A stretch of 64,000 nucleotides of DNA from an uncultured Aquimarina sp. (GCA_947500545.1 CANMSO010000013.1:24491-88490); one strand, 5' to 3'; counted from the stretch's first letter, positions 1 to 10,841 are shown. Notes: a model not told the origin generated them from the sequence alone. Made by a program: numbers and translations.

Positions 1-621
1 AATTGACTGACTTGCTGCTCTAGCTCGTCTTAAATCTCTATGTGGTTGATCGTGTAAACTCTGGTCAGTAGTGTAACTGTGTATGGTAGTAATGTATGCC
101 TGTTCAATTCCGCAGAGATCATTGATTACTTTGATCATTGGTGCTGCATTATTTGTAGTGCATGAAGCATTAGATATTATAGTTTCTGAACCATCTAGAA
201 TATGATCATTTACACCTAAAACAACCGTTTTTATACTATCTTCAGTTGGAGGAGCTGAAAGAATAACTTTTCTTGCCCCCGCTTTTAGATGTTTTTCTGC
301 TAAGGCCCTAGTCTTAAATCGACCCGTTGCTTCAACTACAATATCAATATCATGCATTGACCAATTGCAATTTTCTGGATCTTCTTGGTTAATTAGGGGG
401 ATAGAATCATCATTTATAATAATATGGTTTGGATCAAAAGAAACCGTATATGGTAAGACGCCATGAATACTATCGTATTTCAAAAGATGACTTAAGGTTT
501 TGGTATCCGCAAGGTCATTAATAGCAACAACTTGGATGTCGGGGTGATTTATTAATAATCTAAAGAGGTTACGACCAATTCTTCCAAATCCGTTAATAGC
601 TATTCTTATTGGTTTATTCAT
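1..621 (-). CDS. gap: Type I glyceraldehyde-3-phosphate dehydrogenase, N-terminal part (runs off the window edge)
   Basis: Not in the ORF track. Manual translation from ATG 621 gives MNKPIRIAINGFGRIGRNLFRLL...LLKYDSIHG... and ...TTIHSYTTDQSLHDQPHRDLRRARAA at the edge, both GAPDH signatures. Confidence 0.95.
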   Translation of the reverse strand, partial: MNKPIRIAINGFGRIGRNLFRLLINHPDIQVVAINDLADTKTLSHLLKYDSIHGVLPYTVSFDPNHIIINDDSIPLINQEDPENCNWSMHDIDIVVEATGRFKTRALAEKHLKAGARKVILSAPPTEDSIKTVVLGVNDHILDGSETIISNASCTTNNAAPMIKVINDLCGIEQAYITTIHSYTTDQSLHDQPHRDLRRARAASQSI

Positions 622-647
622 TAAATCCTAATTATTCAGTTTTTGTG

Positions 648-1520
648 TTACAGTAAATGCTTTTGAGCCTTATATGATGACCGCACTAATGCACCACTTT
701 CAACATGTCTGAATCCCATTTCTAAACCTATTGTTTCGTATTTTTTGAACTGATCTGGTGTTATGAATTCTTTTACAGGAAGATGTTTTTTGCTTGGTTG
801 TAAATATTGCCCAATAGTAACTATATCTAGGTTTACCCCCCTTAGGTCTTTAAGTGTTTGTATAACTTCTTCTTGTTTTTCCCCAAGTCCAAGCATAATC
901 CCACTTTTTGTTCGATTGATCCCACTCTCTTTAAGGTAATTTAGTACTTGTAGACTTTGTTCGTATTTAGCTTGAATACGAACTTCGCGGGTTAACCTTT
1001 TTACAGTCTCCATATTATGCGAAACTACTTCGGGTTTTACGGTAATAATTCGATCTATGTTTTTGGTTTTTCCTTGAAAATCCGGAATTAAGGTTTCTAA
1101 TGTAGTTTCAGGATTCATTCTGCGAATTGCCTGAATAGTTTCCGCCCATATTATCGAACCGCCATCTAGAAGATCATCTCTATCCACAGATGTTATAACG
1201 GCATGTTTAATATTCATTATTTTTATAGAACGTGCAACTTTTTCTGGTTCTTCCCAATCAACAGTTTCTGGCCTTCCTGTTTTCACGCCGCAGAAACCAC
1301 AGGAACGTGTACATATATTACCAAGTATCATAAAAGTAGCTGTTCCTTCACTCCAGCACTCTCCCATATTAGGACAACTTCCAGATGTACAAATTGTATG
1401 TAAGTTATATTTATCTACCAAACCTCGAAGTTCAGTATATTTTTTACCCGTTGGAAGTTTGACTCTTAGCCATTTCGGTTTTCCTTTAGGAGGATTCACC
1501 GTAGCAACATCATTGTTCAT
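648..1520 (-). CDS. lipA: Lipoyl synthase
   Basis: CTSGSCPNMGECW auxiliary-cluster motif, CTRSCGFC radical SAM motif, C-terminal RSSY. ATG 1520 preferred. Confidence 0.96.
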   Translation of the reverse strand: MNNDVATVNPPKGKPKWLRVKLPTGKKYTELRGLVDKYNLHTICTSGSCPNMGECWSEGTATFMILGNICTRSCGFCGVKTGRPETVDWEEPEKVARSIKIMNIKHAVITSVDRDDLLDGGSIIWAETIQAIRRMNPETTLETLIPDFQGKTKNIDRIITVKPEVVSHNMETVKRLTREVRIQAKYEQSLQVLNYLKESGINRTKSGIMLGLGEKQEEVIQTLKDLRGVNLDIVTIGQYLQPSKKHLPVKEFITPDQFKKYETIGLEMGFRHVESGALVRSSYKAQKHLL

Positions 1521-1537
1521 ACGCACAATATTTTTAG

Positions 1538-1545
1538 CAAAAATA
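1538..1545 (-). promoter_or_regulatory. Bacteroidota sigma70 -7 box upstream of lipA
   Basis: Minus strand TATTTTTG matches TAnnTTTG, 17 nt before the ATG. Confidence 0.55.
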
Positions 1546-1790
1546 CAAAGAAAGCTTAGATTACTATAGAGTTAAAGAAAAAGTTATGATTTGTTATGTA
1601 ACCTTGTTTTAAATATAAGATTTCATATAGAGGTAGTGCTTTTGGGAAATGAAATAACTAAAGCGAAAAATGATTAATAAAACCTTAATAAACTCTTTAA
1701 CACTAGGTTAAAATTAAGTTAATCTAAAATTTTCTTCTCTTTTTGAAGTTATACATTATGTTAAAATAATCAAGACTTATAAAATTAAGG

Positions 1791-2030
1791 GTGATGTCAC
1801 AAGAATTGGTATTGGTAACTCCAAAGAAAAGACAAAACAATAGAAAGCGAGTAGAAAAGTGGTTAGTAAATAATCATAGATACATTAATATTACAGCTAT
1901 AGAGAAGGAGATATCGGCTCCAAAGGGGTTGGTTCAAAAGTTTGTCAAATATGATAAGAAGATTAATGATAAATGGATAGAGCCCCTATTTATGGTGATC
2001 AAAAGTTTTACGTCTTTCAATCTAAGATAA
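1791..2030 (+). CDS. Small basic hypothetical protein, possibly HTH-like
   Basis: 79-aa ORF filling the lipA-sigma factor gap; GTG 1791 or ATG 1794 start. Confidence 0.65.
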   Translation: MMSQELVLVTPKKRQNNRKRVEKWLVNNHRYINITAIEKEISAPKGLVQKFVKYDKKINDKWIEPLFMVIKSFTSFNLR

Positions 2031-2060
2031 TCTAATTAGTCATCTTTAAGATAAGATGAA

Positions 2061-2627
2061 TTAATTGTTAGTTATTATTTCTGATAATAATTTTTTAGCC
2101 CTTAAAAGCTTAACTTTTACGTTGTTCATAGGCTCGTTCAGGTAATCCGAAATTTCTTTATAACTAAGTTCCTGAAAATAACGAAGATTAATTACCTCTT
2201 GATAGTTTGGTTTTAGTTGTTTTATATATAGAAGTAATTGTGCTAAATTTTGTTCTGTAATTAGTTTGTCTTCAGGTGTTGGGTTGTCATCGGCTATTTT
2301 GTATACAGAATCATCTACACTCGTAGTGGTTTTAGATTGTATTGAGGCGTTTTTTTTTCTTAATAAATCTATATGAATGTTTTTGGATATCTGTATTAAC
2401 CAAGTCTTAAAATTGTATTCTTCCTTAAAAGTATTGATCTTATCAAAGGCGCGTGAAAAACTTTGTATCGTAATGTCTTCGGCTTCGTACTCATCATTAG
2501 TTCTTTTTAATTGAAAATTATAAACATCGTTCCAAAAGGTATCTAGAAGGTAATTAAAAGACGTTTGTTTTCCATCTTTAGCCTTATTTATATGATCTTC
2601 TAATGTAATAGAGTGCTCTTTTTTCAA
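2061..2627 (-). CDS. ECF (sigma-70 family) RNA polymerase sigma factor
   Basis: Region 2 AEDITIQSFSRAF...FKTWLIQISKN and region 4 LSYKEISDYLNEPMNNVKVKLLRAK. Confidence 0.92.
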   Translation of the reverse strand: MKKEHSITLEDHINKAKDGKQTSFNYLLDTFWNDVYNFQLKRTNDEYEAEDITIQSFSRAFDKINTFKEEYNFKTWLIQISKNIHIDLLRKKNASIQSKTTTSVDDSVYKIADDNPTPEDKLITEQNLAQLLLYIKQLKPNYQEVINLRYFQELSYKEISDYLNEPMNNVKVKLLRAKKLLSEIITNN

Positions 2628-2660
2628 CGAATTATTTTTGAATAGAATATCTGAAGTGGT

Positions 2661-2867
2661 TTATTTAGAATGTTCTTTCTCATTACAGTTAGCATACTGA
2701 TCAGGAGTTTTACCACACATAGAACATGATTCTCCCTCTTTATTTAGAAAAGGACTTTGACTTGCACAAGTACCCGCAAACTTCCCGTCTTTTTTTGCCC
2801 ATAGTTTAATTGCAATTCCTCCAAAGGCTAAAAGTAAAAGACCAATAGTAAGTAATAAAAGTTTCAT
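2661..2867 (-). CDS. Small single-TM Cys-rich membrane protein
   Basis: Hydrophobic N-terminus from ATG 2867, then GTCAS, CSMC and ANC (four Cys). Confidence 0.75.
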   Translation of the reverse strand: MKLLLLTIGLLLLAFGGIAIKLWAKKDGKFAGTCASQSPFLNKEGESCSMCGKTPDQYANCNEKEHSK

Positions 2868-2956
2868 AATTATTGTTATTACCAAAATTTAGGGGCAAAG
2901 ATACGAAGAATGTATGTCTATAAAGGTGCTAAACAGAAAATTATGTGTAATTATTG

Positions 2957-3970
2957 TTATAAGATGTTAACTTCTGTTTCTAATTTAATCTCGAATTTTT
3001 CAAGAATTTTTTTTTGAATTTTCTCTGACAAATCAAGTATTTCTTTACCTGTTGCATTGTCATGATTCACCAAAACCAAAGCTTGTTTTTTATGAACTCC
3101 TGCGTCGCCCCATCGTTTTCCCTTGAAACCAGTTTGCTCTATAAGCCATCCTGCCGGTACTTTAATGTTGTTTTCATCAATTTTATAAAACGGAATGTCA
3201 GCATATGAATTTTGGAGTTTAGTAAACAAATCTTTAGATATAACAGGGTTTTTAAAAAAACTACCACTGTTGCCAATTTTTGAAGGATCAGGAAGTTTAC
3301 TTTTCCTGATTTGAATAACAGCCTCAGATATATCTTTAATAGTTGGAGAAGTAATGTCTTTGTCTGCTAAAGCACTTTCTATTGCTCCGTATTTTATATT
3401 GATCTGATGGTTTTTTTTACTTAGTTTGAATGTTACTTTTGTAATTATAAATTTGCCTTTGGCTTCATTCTTAAAAATTGAATTACGATATTCAAATTTG
3501 CAATCTTGATTTGAAAAAGTGTGTTTTTTTCCTGTATTTATTGCAATTGCTTCACACGATATTAAGGTGTCTTTAAGTTCTACTCCGTAAGCACCAATAT
3601 TTTGGATGGGTGCGCTTCCAACATAACCAGGTATAAGTGACAAGTTTTCTAATCCGCCATAATCATTAGTAATGCAATACTGTACAAAATCATGCCAATT
3701 CTCTCCTGCATTTGCAGATAGAACTACAAAATTTTCGGATTCTTCAATAACAGTAATTCCTTTTATAAGAATATGTATTACTAATGCATTAATGTCTTTT
3801 GTTAATAACATATTGCTACCGCCACTAAGAATAAACAACTCTTTGTTTGCGTATTTGAAAAGTGCATCTTTTAGCTCTGATTCTGAAGTAATTTTGATAT
3901 ACTCAGTTGCAGTAACATCTATTCCGAAGGTGTTGTGTTTTTTTAAAGACTTATTGTATTCAATTTTCAT
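2957..3970 (-). CDS. murB: UDP-N-acetylmuramate dehydrogenase
   Basis: HNTFG, GGSNML, APIQNIGAYG, GNSGSFFKNP, LETEV motifs. Confidence 0.97.
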   Translation of the reverse strand: MKIEYNKSLKKHNTFGIDVTATEYIKITSESELKDALFKYANKELFILSGGSNMLLTKDINALVIHILIKGITVIEESENFVVLSANAGENWHDFVQYCITNDYGGLENLSLIPGYVGSAPIQNIGAYGVELKDTLISCEAIAINTGKKHTFSNQDCKFEYRNSIFKNEAKGKFIITKVTFKLSKKNHQINIKYGAIESALADKDITSPTIKDISEAVIQIRKSKLPDPSKIGNSGSFFKNPVISKDLFTKLQNSYADIPFYKIDENNIKVPAGWLIEQTGFKGKRWGDAGVHKKQALVLVNHDNATGKEILDLSEKIQKKILEKFEIKLETEVNIL

Positions 3971-5160
3971 TAATCTTCATATTTTTCCAAAGCCAACCTT
4001 AATATATTTATCGCTTTTTTAAGATCTCTTCGATTTATAACATATGCTATTCTTACCTGATTTGTTCCCACATTTGGGCTAGAATAGAACCCCGAAGCGG
4101 GTGCTAACATAACTGTTTCTTTATTGAAATCAAATTTATCTAAAAGCCATTGTGCAAAATCTTCTGAATCTTTAACAGGTAATTCTGCAATGCAATAAAA
4201 AGCTCCTCTCGGCATAGAAACTTTTACCCCAGGTATTTCTTTAAGTCCTGCAACTAGTGTGTCTCTTCTAGCTTTGTATTTTGCAACGGTTTCTTTATAA
4301 TAAGATTCTGGAGCTTCTAAAGCTGCTTCACTTGCAATTTGGGCAAGAGTAGGAGGGCTTAATCTTGCTTGTGCAAATTTCATTGCTGTCTCGATAACAC
4401 TTTTGTTTTTGCTAACCATGCATCCTATCCTTGCACCACACATGCTATATCTTTTTGATACTGAATCTACAACAATGGCGTGGTCATCCAGACTCTTTTC
4501 TTGAAGAATTGAGTAATGCTCTGATCCATCGTAAACAAATTCGCGATAGACCTCATCAGATATTAAAAATAGATCATACTTGATAGCCAATTTAGCTAGT
4601 TGCTTAATTTCTTCCTTGCTATACAGGTATCCAGTAGGATTTCCAGGATTGCAAATCAAAATGGCTTTGGTTTTTTTCGTGATGAGTTTTTCGAATTCAT
4701 CGATTGAAGGTAGTGCAAATCCTGTATCTATACTAGAAATAACAGGAACAACCTTAACATTAGATTGGGTAGAAAAACTATAATAATTTGCATAAAATGG
4801 CTCTGGTACTATAATCTCATCTCCAGGATCCGTTATGCTGCCCATAGTAAAAATAAGCGCTTCACTACCACCTGTTGTTATCAGAATATCATCAGAAGAA
4901 ATTGTAATATCATGTTTAGCATAATAGCTAGCCAATTTCTTTCTAAAGCTTTCAAATCCAGCAGAATGACTGTATGCAAGAACATCTAGTTTATTATTTC
5001 GGACAGCTTCAATTGCCTCTATAGGTGTTTTTATATCGGGTTGACCTATATTAAGGCGATATATATGCTTGCCTTCTTTTTCTGCTTTTTCTGCAAAGGG
5101 AACCAATTTTCGAATTGGAGATTCTGGCATTGCTTTCCCTTTGCTTGATACTACTGGCAT
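3970..5160 (-). CDS. PLP-dependent class I/II aminotransferase (aspartate aminotransferase-like)
   Basis: LNIGQPD, CNPGNPTG, DEVY and SVSKRYSMCGARIG (PLP lysine). Confidence 0.92.
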   Translation of the reverse strand: MPVVSSKGKAMPESPIRKLVPFAEKAEKEGKHIYRLNIGQPDIKTPIEAIEAVRNNKLDVLAYSHSAGFESFRKKLASYYAKHDITISSDDILITTGGSEALIFTMGSITDPGDEIIVPEPFYANYYSFSTQSNVKVVPVISSIDTGFALPSIDEFEKLITKKTKAILICNPGNPTGYLYSKEEIKQLAKLAIKYDLFLISDEVYREFVYDGSEHYSILQEKSLDDHAIVVDSVSKRYSMCGARIGCMVSKNKSVIETAMKFAQARLSPPTLAQIASEAALEAPESYYKETVAKYKARRDTLVAGLKEIPGVKVSMPRGAFYCIAELPVKDSEDFAQWLLDKFDFNKETVMLAPASGFYSSPNVGTNQVRIAYVINRRDLKKAINILRLALEKYED

Positions 5161-5265
5161 CTGTTATATGGTTTAAAAAATAAATAGGGGTAAATTTCTT
5201 AAAATATTTAAGAAATAGATATATAATTAAGATGAATTTTCAACTATTTTCCTATATTTAGTGGA

Positions 5266-6654
5266 ATGAAGATTTTATTATTAGATTTTTGCCATTTTCT
5301 TAGAAATAAGGTTCTAGTATTGTTTTTGTGTTTCAGCTTTACTGTTTTTTCTCAAGGAGCCTTCAAATTACCTTCTGGGGCAAAAGATGGGAAAATTAAG
5401 TTTGAGCTTGCAAATAACCTAATTATTATTCCTGTATTTGTTAATGGTGTTGAGCTTTCTTTTATCCTGGATTCGGGTGTTGGATCAACAATTATTTTTA
5501 GTGTTGATAATAAAAGTTCTTTAGAACTTAAAAATGCTTCAAAAATTTACCTCAGGGGATTAGGAGATGATGAGCCTGTAGAGGCTATTAAGTCTGTTAA
5601 TAATGAATTTAAAATAGGGAATGCAACTAGTTCGGATCATACAGTTTATCTGGTCTTGGATGAATCTATTAATTTCTCTCCCAGAATGGGTTTCCCAATT
5701 CATGGTATTATAGGATATGATTTTTTCAAAAACTTTATATTAGATATTAATTATACAAAAAGGGTTATAAAAATGAATGAGCCCTCGTCGTATAAATATA
5801 AGAAATGTAAAAAATGTTATGAGACTAATATTAGTTTTGAAGAGCAAAATAAAAGACCATATGTTAAGGCAAAATATAAATCAAAGAATGGCTTTATAGA
5901 TATTATATTGTTACTAGATTCTGGGTCAGGATCCTCATTATGGTTGTTTGAAAACAAAGAAAAAGGTATTCAGGTTTCAGAAAATTCATTTAGAGATTTT
6001 TTGGGGAAGGGTTTTAATGGAGATATTTATGGGCAAAGAACCAAAATCGAAGAGCTTCATCTGGGTGATTTTGTAATGAAAGAAGTTACTACTGCTTTTC
6101 CTGATTCAATCTATATACAAGGTATACCTCTTGATAGGCGACAAGGCTCTCTTGGGGGTAATGTTTTGCGTAGGTTCAATATGATTGTAGATTACCCTAG
6201 TCAAAGAATATCTTTTAAAAAGAATAGTTTTTTCGAAAAACCTTTTCATTATAATATGAGCGGACTTACCATTCAGCATAGTGGTTTTACAACAGTAAAG
6301 AATACCGATGACACTAAAATTTATAGAAGAAGAAATAAAAAGGTAATTGAAAAAGATAGATTGTATCTTGGTTTTAATAGAATAGTAACGGAAAAAACTT
6401 TTGAGTTGTCTAATAATTTTGTGTTACTACCAAAATATGAGATTTCTGATGTTAGACCTGGTTCACCAGCTGATATAGTAGGTTTAAGAAAAGGTGATAT
6501 TATACTAGAAGTAAATAGCCGAAAAGCATATAATTACCAATTATCTGAGCTTAATGATCTTTTTTATTTTGAAGAAGGAAGAAAGATTAAAATGAAAATA
6601 GATAGGTTAGGAGTAGAAATCACCTATGAATTTTACTTGAAAAAAGTCATCTAA
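5266..6654 (+). CDS. Aspartyl protease with two retropepsin-like domains and a C-terminal PDZ domain
   Basis: FILDSG...GIIG and LLLDSG...GSLG motif pairs; VRPGSPADIVGLRKGDIILEVN PDZ signature. Confidence 0.85.
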   Translation: MKILLLDFCHFLRNKVLVLFLCFSFTVFSQGAFKLPSGAKDGKIKFELANNLIIIPVFVNGVELSFILDSGVGSTIIFSVDNKSSLELKNASKIYLRGLGDDEPVEAIKSVNNEFKIGNATSSDHTVYLVLDESINFSPRMGFPIHGIIGYDFFKNFILDINYTKRVIKMNEPSSYKYKKCKKCYETNISFEEQNKRPYVKAKYKSKNGFIDIILLLDSGSGSSLWLFENKEKGIQVSENSFRDFLGKGFNGDIYGQRTKIEELHLGDFVMKEVTTAFPDSIYIQGIPLDRRQGSLGGNVLRRFNMIVDYPSQRISFKKNSFFEKPFHYNMSGLTIQHSGFTTVKNTDDTKIYRRRNKKVIEKDRLYLGFNRIVTEKTFELSNNFVLLPKYEISDVRPGSPADIVGLRKGDIILEVNSRKAYNYQLSELNDLFYFEEGRKIKMKIDRLGVEITYEFYLKKVI

Positions 6655-6692
6655 TTAAAAAAGGGTTCTACGTTAGTAAAACCCTTTTTTAA
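6655..6692. terminator. Bidirectional intrinsic terminator
   Basis: TTAAAAAAGGGTT / AACCCTTTTTTAA inverted repeat between convergent genes. Confidence 0.8.
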
Positions 6693-6713
6693 TAGTAATT
6701 TATAGGATACTGA

Positions 6714-7109
6714 TTAATTCTTTTTTTCAAGAACACTCTGATCTAAAACAGTTCCTTTAATTTTTATTGCTTTTGTAGCTTCTCCAGCATTCGAATAAAC
6801 GGTAATCGTTTTTCGAATAGGGCCAACTCTCTTAGTGTCATATTTCACCTCTATTACTCCCGTTTCTCCCGGTGCAATTGGGTTTTCTGGCTTTTTAGGA
6901 ATTGTACATCCACAGCTAGAATACACTCTTGATATTATCAATGGTGCATTTCCAGTATTTGTAAATTCAAATTTACGAACGCCATCACTACCTTTGGCGA
7001 TCTCACCATAATCGATAACTTCAGTTTTAAATTTTATTTGTGCTTGGTCTTGGGCATTTAATGTAGCTCCAAGAAATCCAATAAATAAAATCATCATCAC
7101 TTTTTTCAT
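6714..7109 (-). CDS. DUF1573-type Ig-like secreted protein
   Basis: Signal peptide, then FEFTNTGNAPLII and SCGCT motifs. Confidence 0.88.
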   Translation of the reverse strand: MKKVMMILFIGFLGATLNAQDQAQIKFKTEVIDYGEIAKGSDGVRKFEFTNTGNAPLIISRVYSSCGCTIPKKPENPIAPGETGVIEVKYDTKRVGPIRKTITVYSNAGEATKAIKIKGTVLDQSVLEKKN

Positions 7110-7197
7110 AATGTAGGTTTTTATTGTGGGTAAAAGTAGTTACTTTTTATCCAACTTCAAAATTGCAAAAGACTTTCAAGTTGTCGGATATAATAAT

Positions 7198-7205
7198 TAC
7201 TTTTG
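7198..7205 (+). promoter_or_regulatory. -7 promoter box of valS
   Basis: TACTTTTG, 30 nt before ATG 7236. Confidence 0.6.
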
Positions 7206-7235
7206 CACTCTAAATTCCAAAAATCGGACCAAAGT

Positions 7236-9866
7236 ATGGCTTTAGCTACAAAATATGATGCAAAATCGGTAGAAGAAAAATGGTATAGCTACTGGATGGA
7301 TAATAATTATTTCCATTCTGAAGTAGATGAACGGGAGGCGTATACTATCGTTATTCCCCCTCCAAACGTTACTGGGGTTTTGCATATGGGGCATATGCTT
7401 AATAATACTATTCAGGATGTGTTAATACGTAGAGCCCGTCTTAAAGGCTTTAATGCTTGCTGGGTTCCGGGTACTGATCATGCCTCAATTGCCACAGAAG
7501 CAAAAGTGGTTGCCAAATTAAAGGAGGAGGGTATTAATAAAAATGATCTTACTCGTGAAGAGTTTCTTGAACATGCCTGGGAGTGGACTCATAAGCATGG
7601 TGGGATTATTTTAGAACAGTTGAAAAAGCTAGGAGCTTCTTGTGATTGGGAGCGAACTGCTTTTACTATGGATGACAATTTGTCGGCTTCTGTAATAAAG
7701 GTCTTTGTAGATTTGTACAATAAAGGACTTGTTTATAGAGGATATAGAATGGTAAATTGGGATCCGGAAGCCAAAACCACTTTATCTGATGAAGAGGTAA
7801 TTTATGAAGAGAAACAAGGGAATCTATATTACTTAAAATATAAAGTAGAAGGAAGTGAGGATACACTTACCATAGCTACCACACGTCCCGAGACAATTAT
7901 GGGGGATACCGCCATCTGTATTAACCCAAATGATTCACGATTTACACATTTAAAAGGGAAGAAAGCGATCATTCCTATTGCAAACCGAGCTATTCCTATA
8001 ATCGAGGATGAGTATGTAGATATGGAGTTTGGTACTGGATGTCTTAAAGTTACTCCAGCTCATGACCCTAACGATAAAGTTCTTGGAGATAAACATAATT
8101 TAGAAGTTATTGATATTTTTAACGATGATGCTACACTTAATTCTTTTGGATTGCATTACGAGGGCAAAGATCGTTTTGTAGTAAGGAAAGAAATCATAAA
8201 TGAATTAGAGTCTTTAGAGGTTTTAGAAAAAACAGAAACCCATCTTAACAAAGTTGGGACCAGTGAGCGTACAAAAGCGGTGATAGAACCAAAATTAAGT
8301 GACCAATGGTTTTTGAAAATGGAGGGGCTTGCTAAACCAGCGTTAGAAGCAGTTTTAGAAAAAGATGTAAATCTAGTTCCAGAAAAATTTATTAATACCT
8401 ACCGTCATTGGATGGAGAATGTGAGAGATTGGAATGTATCACGCCAATTGTGGTGGGGACATCAAATTCCAGCTTATTTCTATGGTGATGGGAAAGAAGA
8501 TTTTGTAGTTGCAGAGAGTAGAGAAGAAGCCCTGATTCTGGCAAAGAAAAAAACAGGAAATGATTCTTTAGTAGATTCAGATCTTAAACAAGATCCAGAT
8601 GCTTTGGATACTTGGTTTTCGTCGTGGTTATGGCCAATGAGTGTGTTTAACGGTATTTTAGAACCCGATAATAAAGAAATTAATTACTACTATCCTACTA
8701 ATGATCTTGTGACTGCACCCGAAATTTTATTTTTCTGGGTCGCTCGTATGATTATTGCAGGGTATGAGTATAGAAAAGAAAAGCCTTTTACGAATGTATA
8801 TCTAACGGGTATAGTAAGAGATAAACAGAGGCGCAAGATGTCTAAATCTTTAGGTAATTCACCAGATCCAATAGATTTAATAGCTCAATACGGTGCAGAT
8901 GGTATTAGAGTTGGAATGTTACTAAGTTCTCCTGCCGGCAATGATCTAATGTTTGACGAGGATTTGTGCAAACAAGGTAGTGCATTTGTAAATAAAATAT
9001 GGAATGCCTTTAGGCTTATCAAAGGTTGGGAAGTGGATTCAAGTATTGATCAACCCGAAGCTTCGGCTATTTCAATACAATGGTATAAATCCAGGTTTCA
9101 AAATGCATTAATCGATTTAGAAGACAATTATTCAAAATATCGAATTAGTGATGCATTAATGACCACCTATAAATTGATATGGGATGACTTCTGTAGCTGG
9201 TTGCTTGAAATGATTAAGCCAGCTTATCAGAGCCCGATTGATGCTAAAACATATCAAGAAGTAATTACAATTTTAGAAGAAAACCTTAAGATTTTACACC
9301 CTTTTGTTCCTTTTATTTCAGAAGAGATATGGCAACAAATTACTGAAAGAACACCTAATGAAGCTTTGATAATTGCTGATTGGCCAAAATCTGATGCAAT
9401 TAATGAGAGTTTGATAAAAGAATTTGAAACTGCCTCAGAGGTAATTTCAGGTATTAGAACAATAAGAAAAGAAAAGAACATTTCTTTTAAAGAAACTATA
9501 GAGTTGTGTGTTTTAAATAATGAAAAAGGCGGTACTACTTTTGACTCGGTTATCAGTAAACTTGGAAATCTAACTTCCTTGAATTATGTTGATGGAAAAG
9601 TTGAAGGAGCACTTTCTTTTAGAGTTAAGTCAAATGAATATTTTATTCCGATTTCCGGAGCAATCAATGTAGAAGATGAAATTAAAAAACTCTCAGAAGA
9701 ACTAAAATATACCGAAGGGTTTTTAAAATCTGTTCAGAAGAAATTACAAAATGAGCGTTTTGTTAATAATGCGCCAGATCAAGTTATTGCTAATGAAAGA
9801 AAGAAAGAAGCTGATGCAGAAGCAAAGATAGCTACTCTAAAATCCAGCTTAGAGAGTTTGCAGTAA
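7236..9866 (+). CDS. valS: Valine--tRNA ligase
   Basis: [13 protein letters not shown] (HIGH), KMSKS, C-terminal coiled-coil arm. ATG 7236 preferred over the TTG start in the track. Confidence 0.98.
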   Translation: MALATKYDAKSVEEKWYSYWMDNNYFHSEVDEREAYTIVIPPPNVTGVLHMGHMLNNTIQDVLIRRARLKGFNACWVPGTDHASIATEAKVVAKLKEEGINKNDLTREEFLEHAWEWTHKHGGIILEQLKKLGASCDWERTAFTMDDNLSASVIKVFVDLYNKGLVYRGYRMVNWDPEAKTTLSDEEVIYEEKQGNLYYLKYKVEGSEDTLTIATTRPETIMGDTAICINPNDSRFTHLKGKKAIIPIANRAIPIIEDEYVDMEFGTGCLKVTPAHDPNDKVLGDKHNLEVIDIFNDDATLNSFGLHYEGKDRFVVRKEIINELESLEVLEKTETHLNKVGTSERTKAVIEPKLSDQWFLKMEGLAKPALEAVLEKDVNLVPEKFINTYRHWMENVRDWNVSRQLWWGHQIPAYFYGDGKEDFVVAESREEALILAKKKTGNDSLVDSDLKQDPDALDTWFSSWLWPMSVFNGILEPDNKEINYYYPTNDLVTAPEILFFWVARMIIAGYEYRKEKPFTNVYLTGIVRDKQRRKMSKSLGNSPDPIDLIAQYGADGIRVGMLLSSPAGNDLMFDEDLCKQGSAFVNKIWNAFRLIKGWEVDSSIDQPEASAISIQWYKSRFQNALIDLEDNYSKYRISDALMTTYKLIWDDFCSWLLEMIKPAYQSPIDAKTYQEVITILEENLKILHPFVPFISEEIWQQITERTPNEALIIADWPKSDAINESLIKEFETASEVISGIRTIRKEKNISFKETIELCVLNNEKGGTTFDSVISKLGNLTSLNYVDGKVEGALSFRVKSNEYFIPISGAINVEDEIKKLSEELKYTEGFLKSVQKKLQNERFVNNAPDQVIANERKKEADAEAKIATLKSSLESLQ

Positions 9867-9890
9867 TGTGGATCCTAAGTGAATTAGAAT

Positions 9891-9926
9891 AAAAAAAGCT
9901 TTGGTAATTTTACCAAAGCTTTTTTT
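9891..9926. terminator. Bidirectional intrinsic terminator
   Basis: Perfect 16-bp stem AAAAAAAGCTTTGGTA-attt-TACCAAAGCTTTTTTT between convergent valS and the ACBP gene. Confidence 0.88.
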
Positions 9927-10191
9927 ATTCTGTAAGATATTTATTTACCAATTCTATATATCTTATTTTGGCTTCTTTTTGAGTAAGATCTTTTACCTGA
10001 AATAGAGCATTAAGTTTGAAGGCATTTCTAAGTTCACTGTTTCCTGAAGGTGTATAAAAACCTTCTGCATGTGTTGCTTGTTTATAATGTGCATAAAAAT
10101 GAAGCATAACATCGGGAGGCAACTGTATTTTTGTGTTGCAAGCGCGTTCATACGCCTTGTTGAAAGCAATATTTAATTCTTCCTCGGTCAT
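9925..10191 (-). CDS. Acyl-CoA-binding protein (ACBP family)
   Basis: F.KA...LHFYAHYKQAT.G and EAKIRYIELV resemble the ACBP consensus. Confidence 0.8.
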   Translation of the reverse strand: MTEEELNIAFNKAYERACNTKIQLPPDVMLHFYAHYKQATHAEGFYTPSGNSELRNAFKLNALFQVKDLTQKEAKIRYIELVNKYLTE

Positions 10192-10193
10192 GA

Positions 10194-10841
10194 TTAAAGA
10201 TTGGCAATAACACTTTCTCCTCCTTTGACTTTTTGATTTAAAGTAACATCCACTTTGGTTCCTACAGGTAAAAATACATCTACTCTTGAGCCAAATTTTA
10301 TAAATCCACTGTCTGAGCCCTGAATAACTTTTTCACCTTCTTTTGCATAGTTTACAATTCGCTTTGCTAATGCTCCCGCAATTTGTCTATACAAAACCTC
10401 TACGATGTTGTTTTTCACCACTACGGTAGTTCTTTCGTTTTCTTCGGAAGCTTTGGGGTGCCATGCTACTAAATATTTTCCAGGATGATATTTGCTAAAA
10501 ATCACATCTCCGTTAATAGGATGCCTTGTAACATGAACATTTATTGGAGACATAAAAATAGAAACCTGAAGACGATTGTCATTAAAATGTTCCTTTTCAA
10601 ATACTTCTTCAATTACAACAACTTTACCGTCAACGGGAGCCACAACAGTATTTTCATTAACAATAGTGTTCCGTTTAGGATTCCTAAAAAATTGCAATAT
10701 CAAAATTAGAAAAGCCAGCGTAACAACAAATATGGCTATCTGCCACTCATCATTCTGAATGGCAACATATGAAGCAACATTAACTCCTAAAAATAATACT
10801 AATGCTACTGATATTATTTTGTATCCTTCTTTATGAAACAT
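10194..10841 (-). CDS. psd: Phosphatidylserine decarboxylase proenzyme
   Basis: APVDG, SIFMSPINVHV and FGSRVD self-cleavage motif. Confidence 0.95.
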   Translation of the reverse strand: MFHKEGYKIISVALVLFLGVNVASYVAIQNDEWQIAIFVVTLAFLILILQFFRNPKRNTIVNENTVVAPVDGKVVVIEEVFEKEHFNDNRLQVSIFMSPINVHVTRHPINGDVIFSKYHPGKYLVAWHPKASEENERTTVVVKNNIVEVLYRQIAGALAKRIVNYAKEGEKVIQGSDSGFIKFGSRVDVFLPVGTKVDVTLNQKVKGGESVIANL

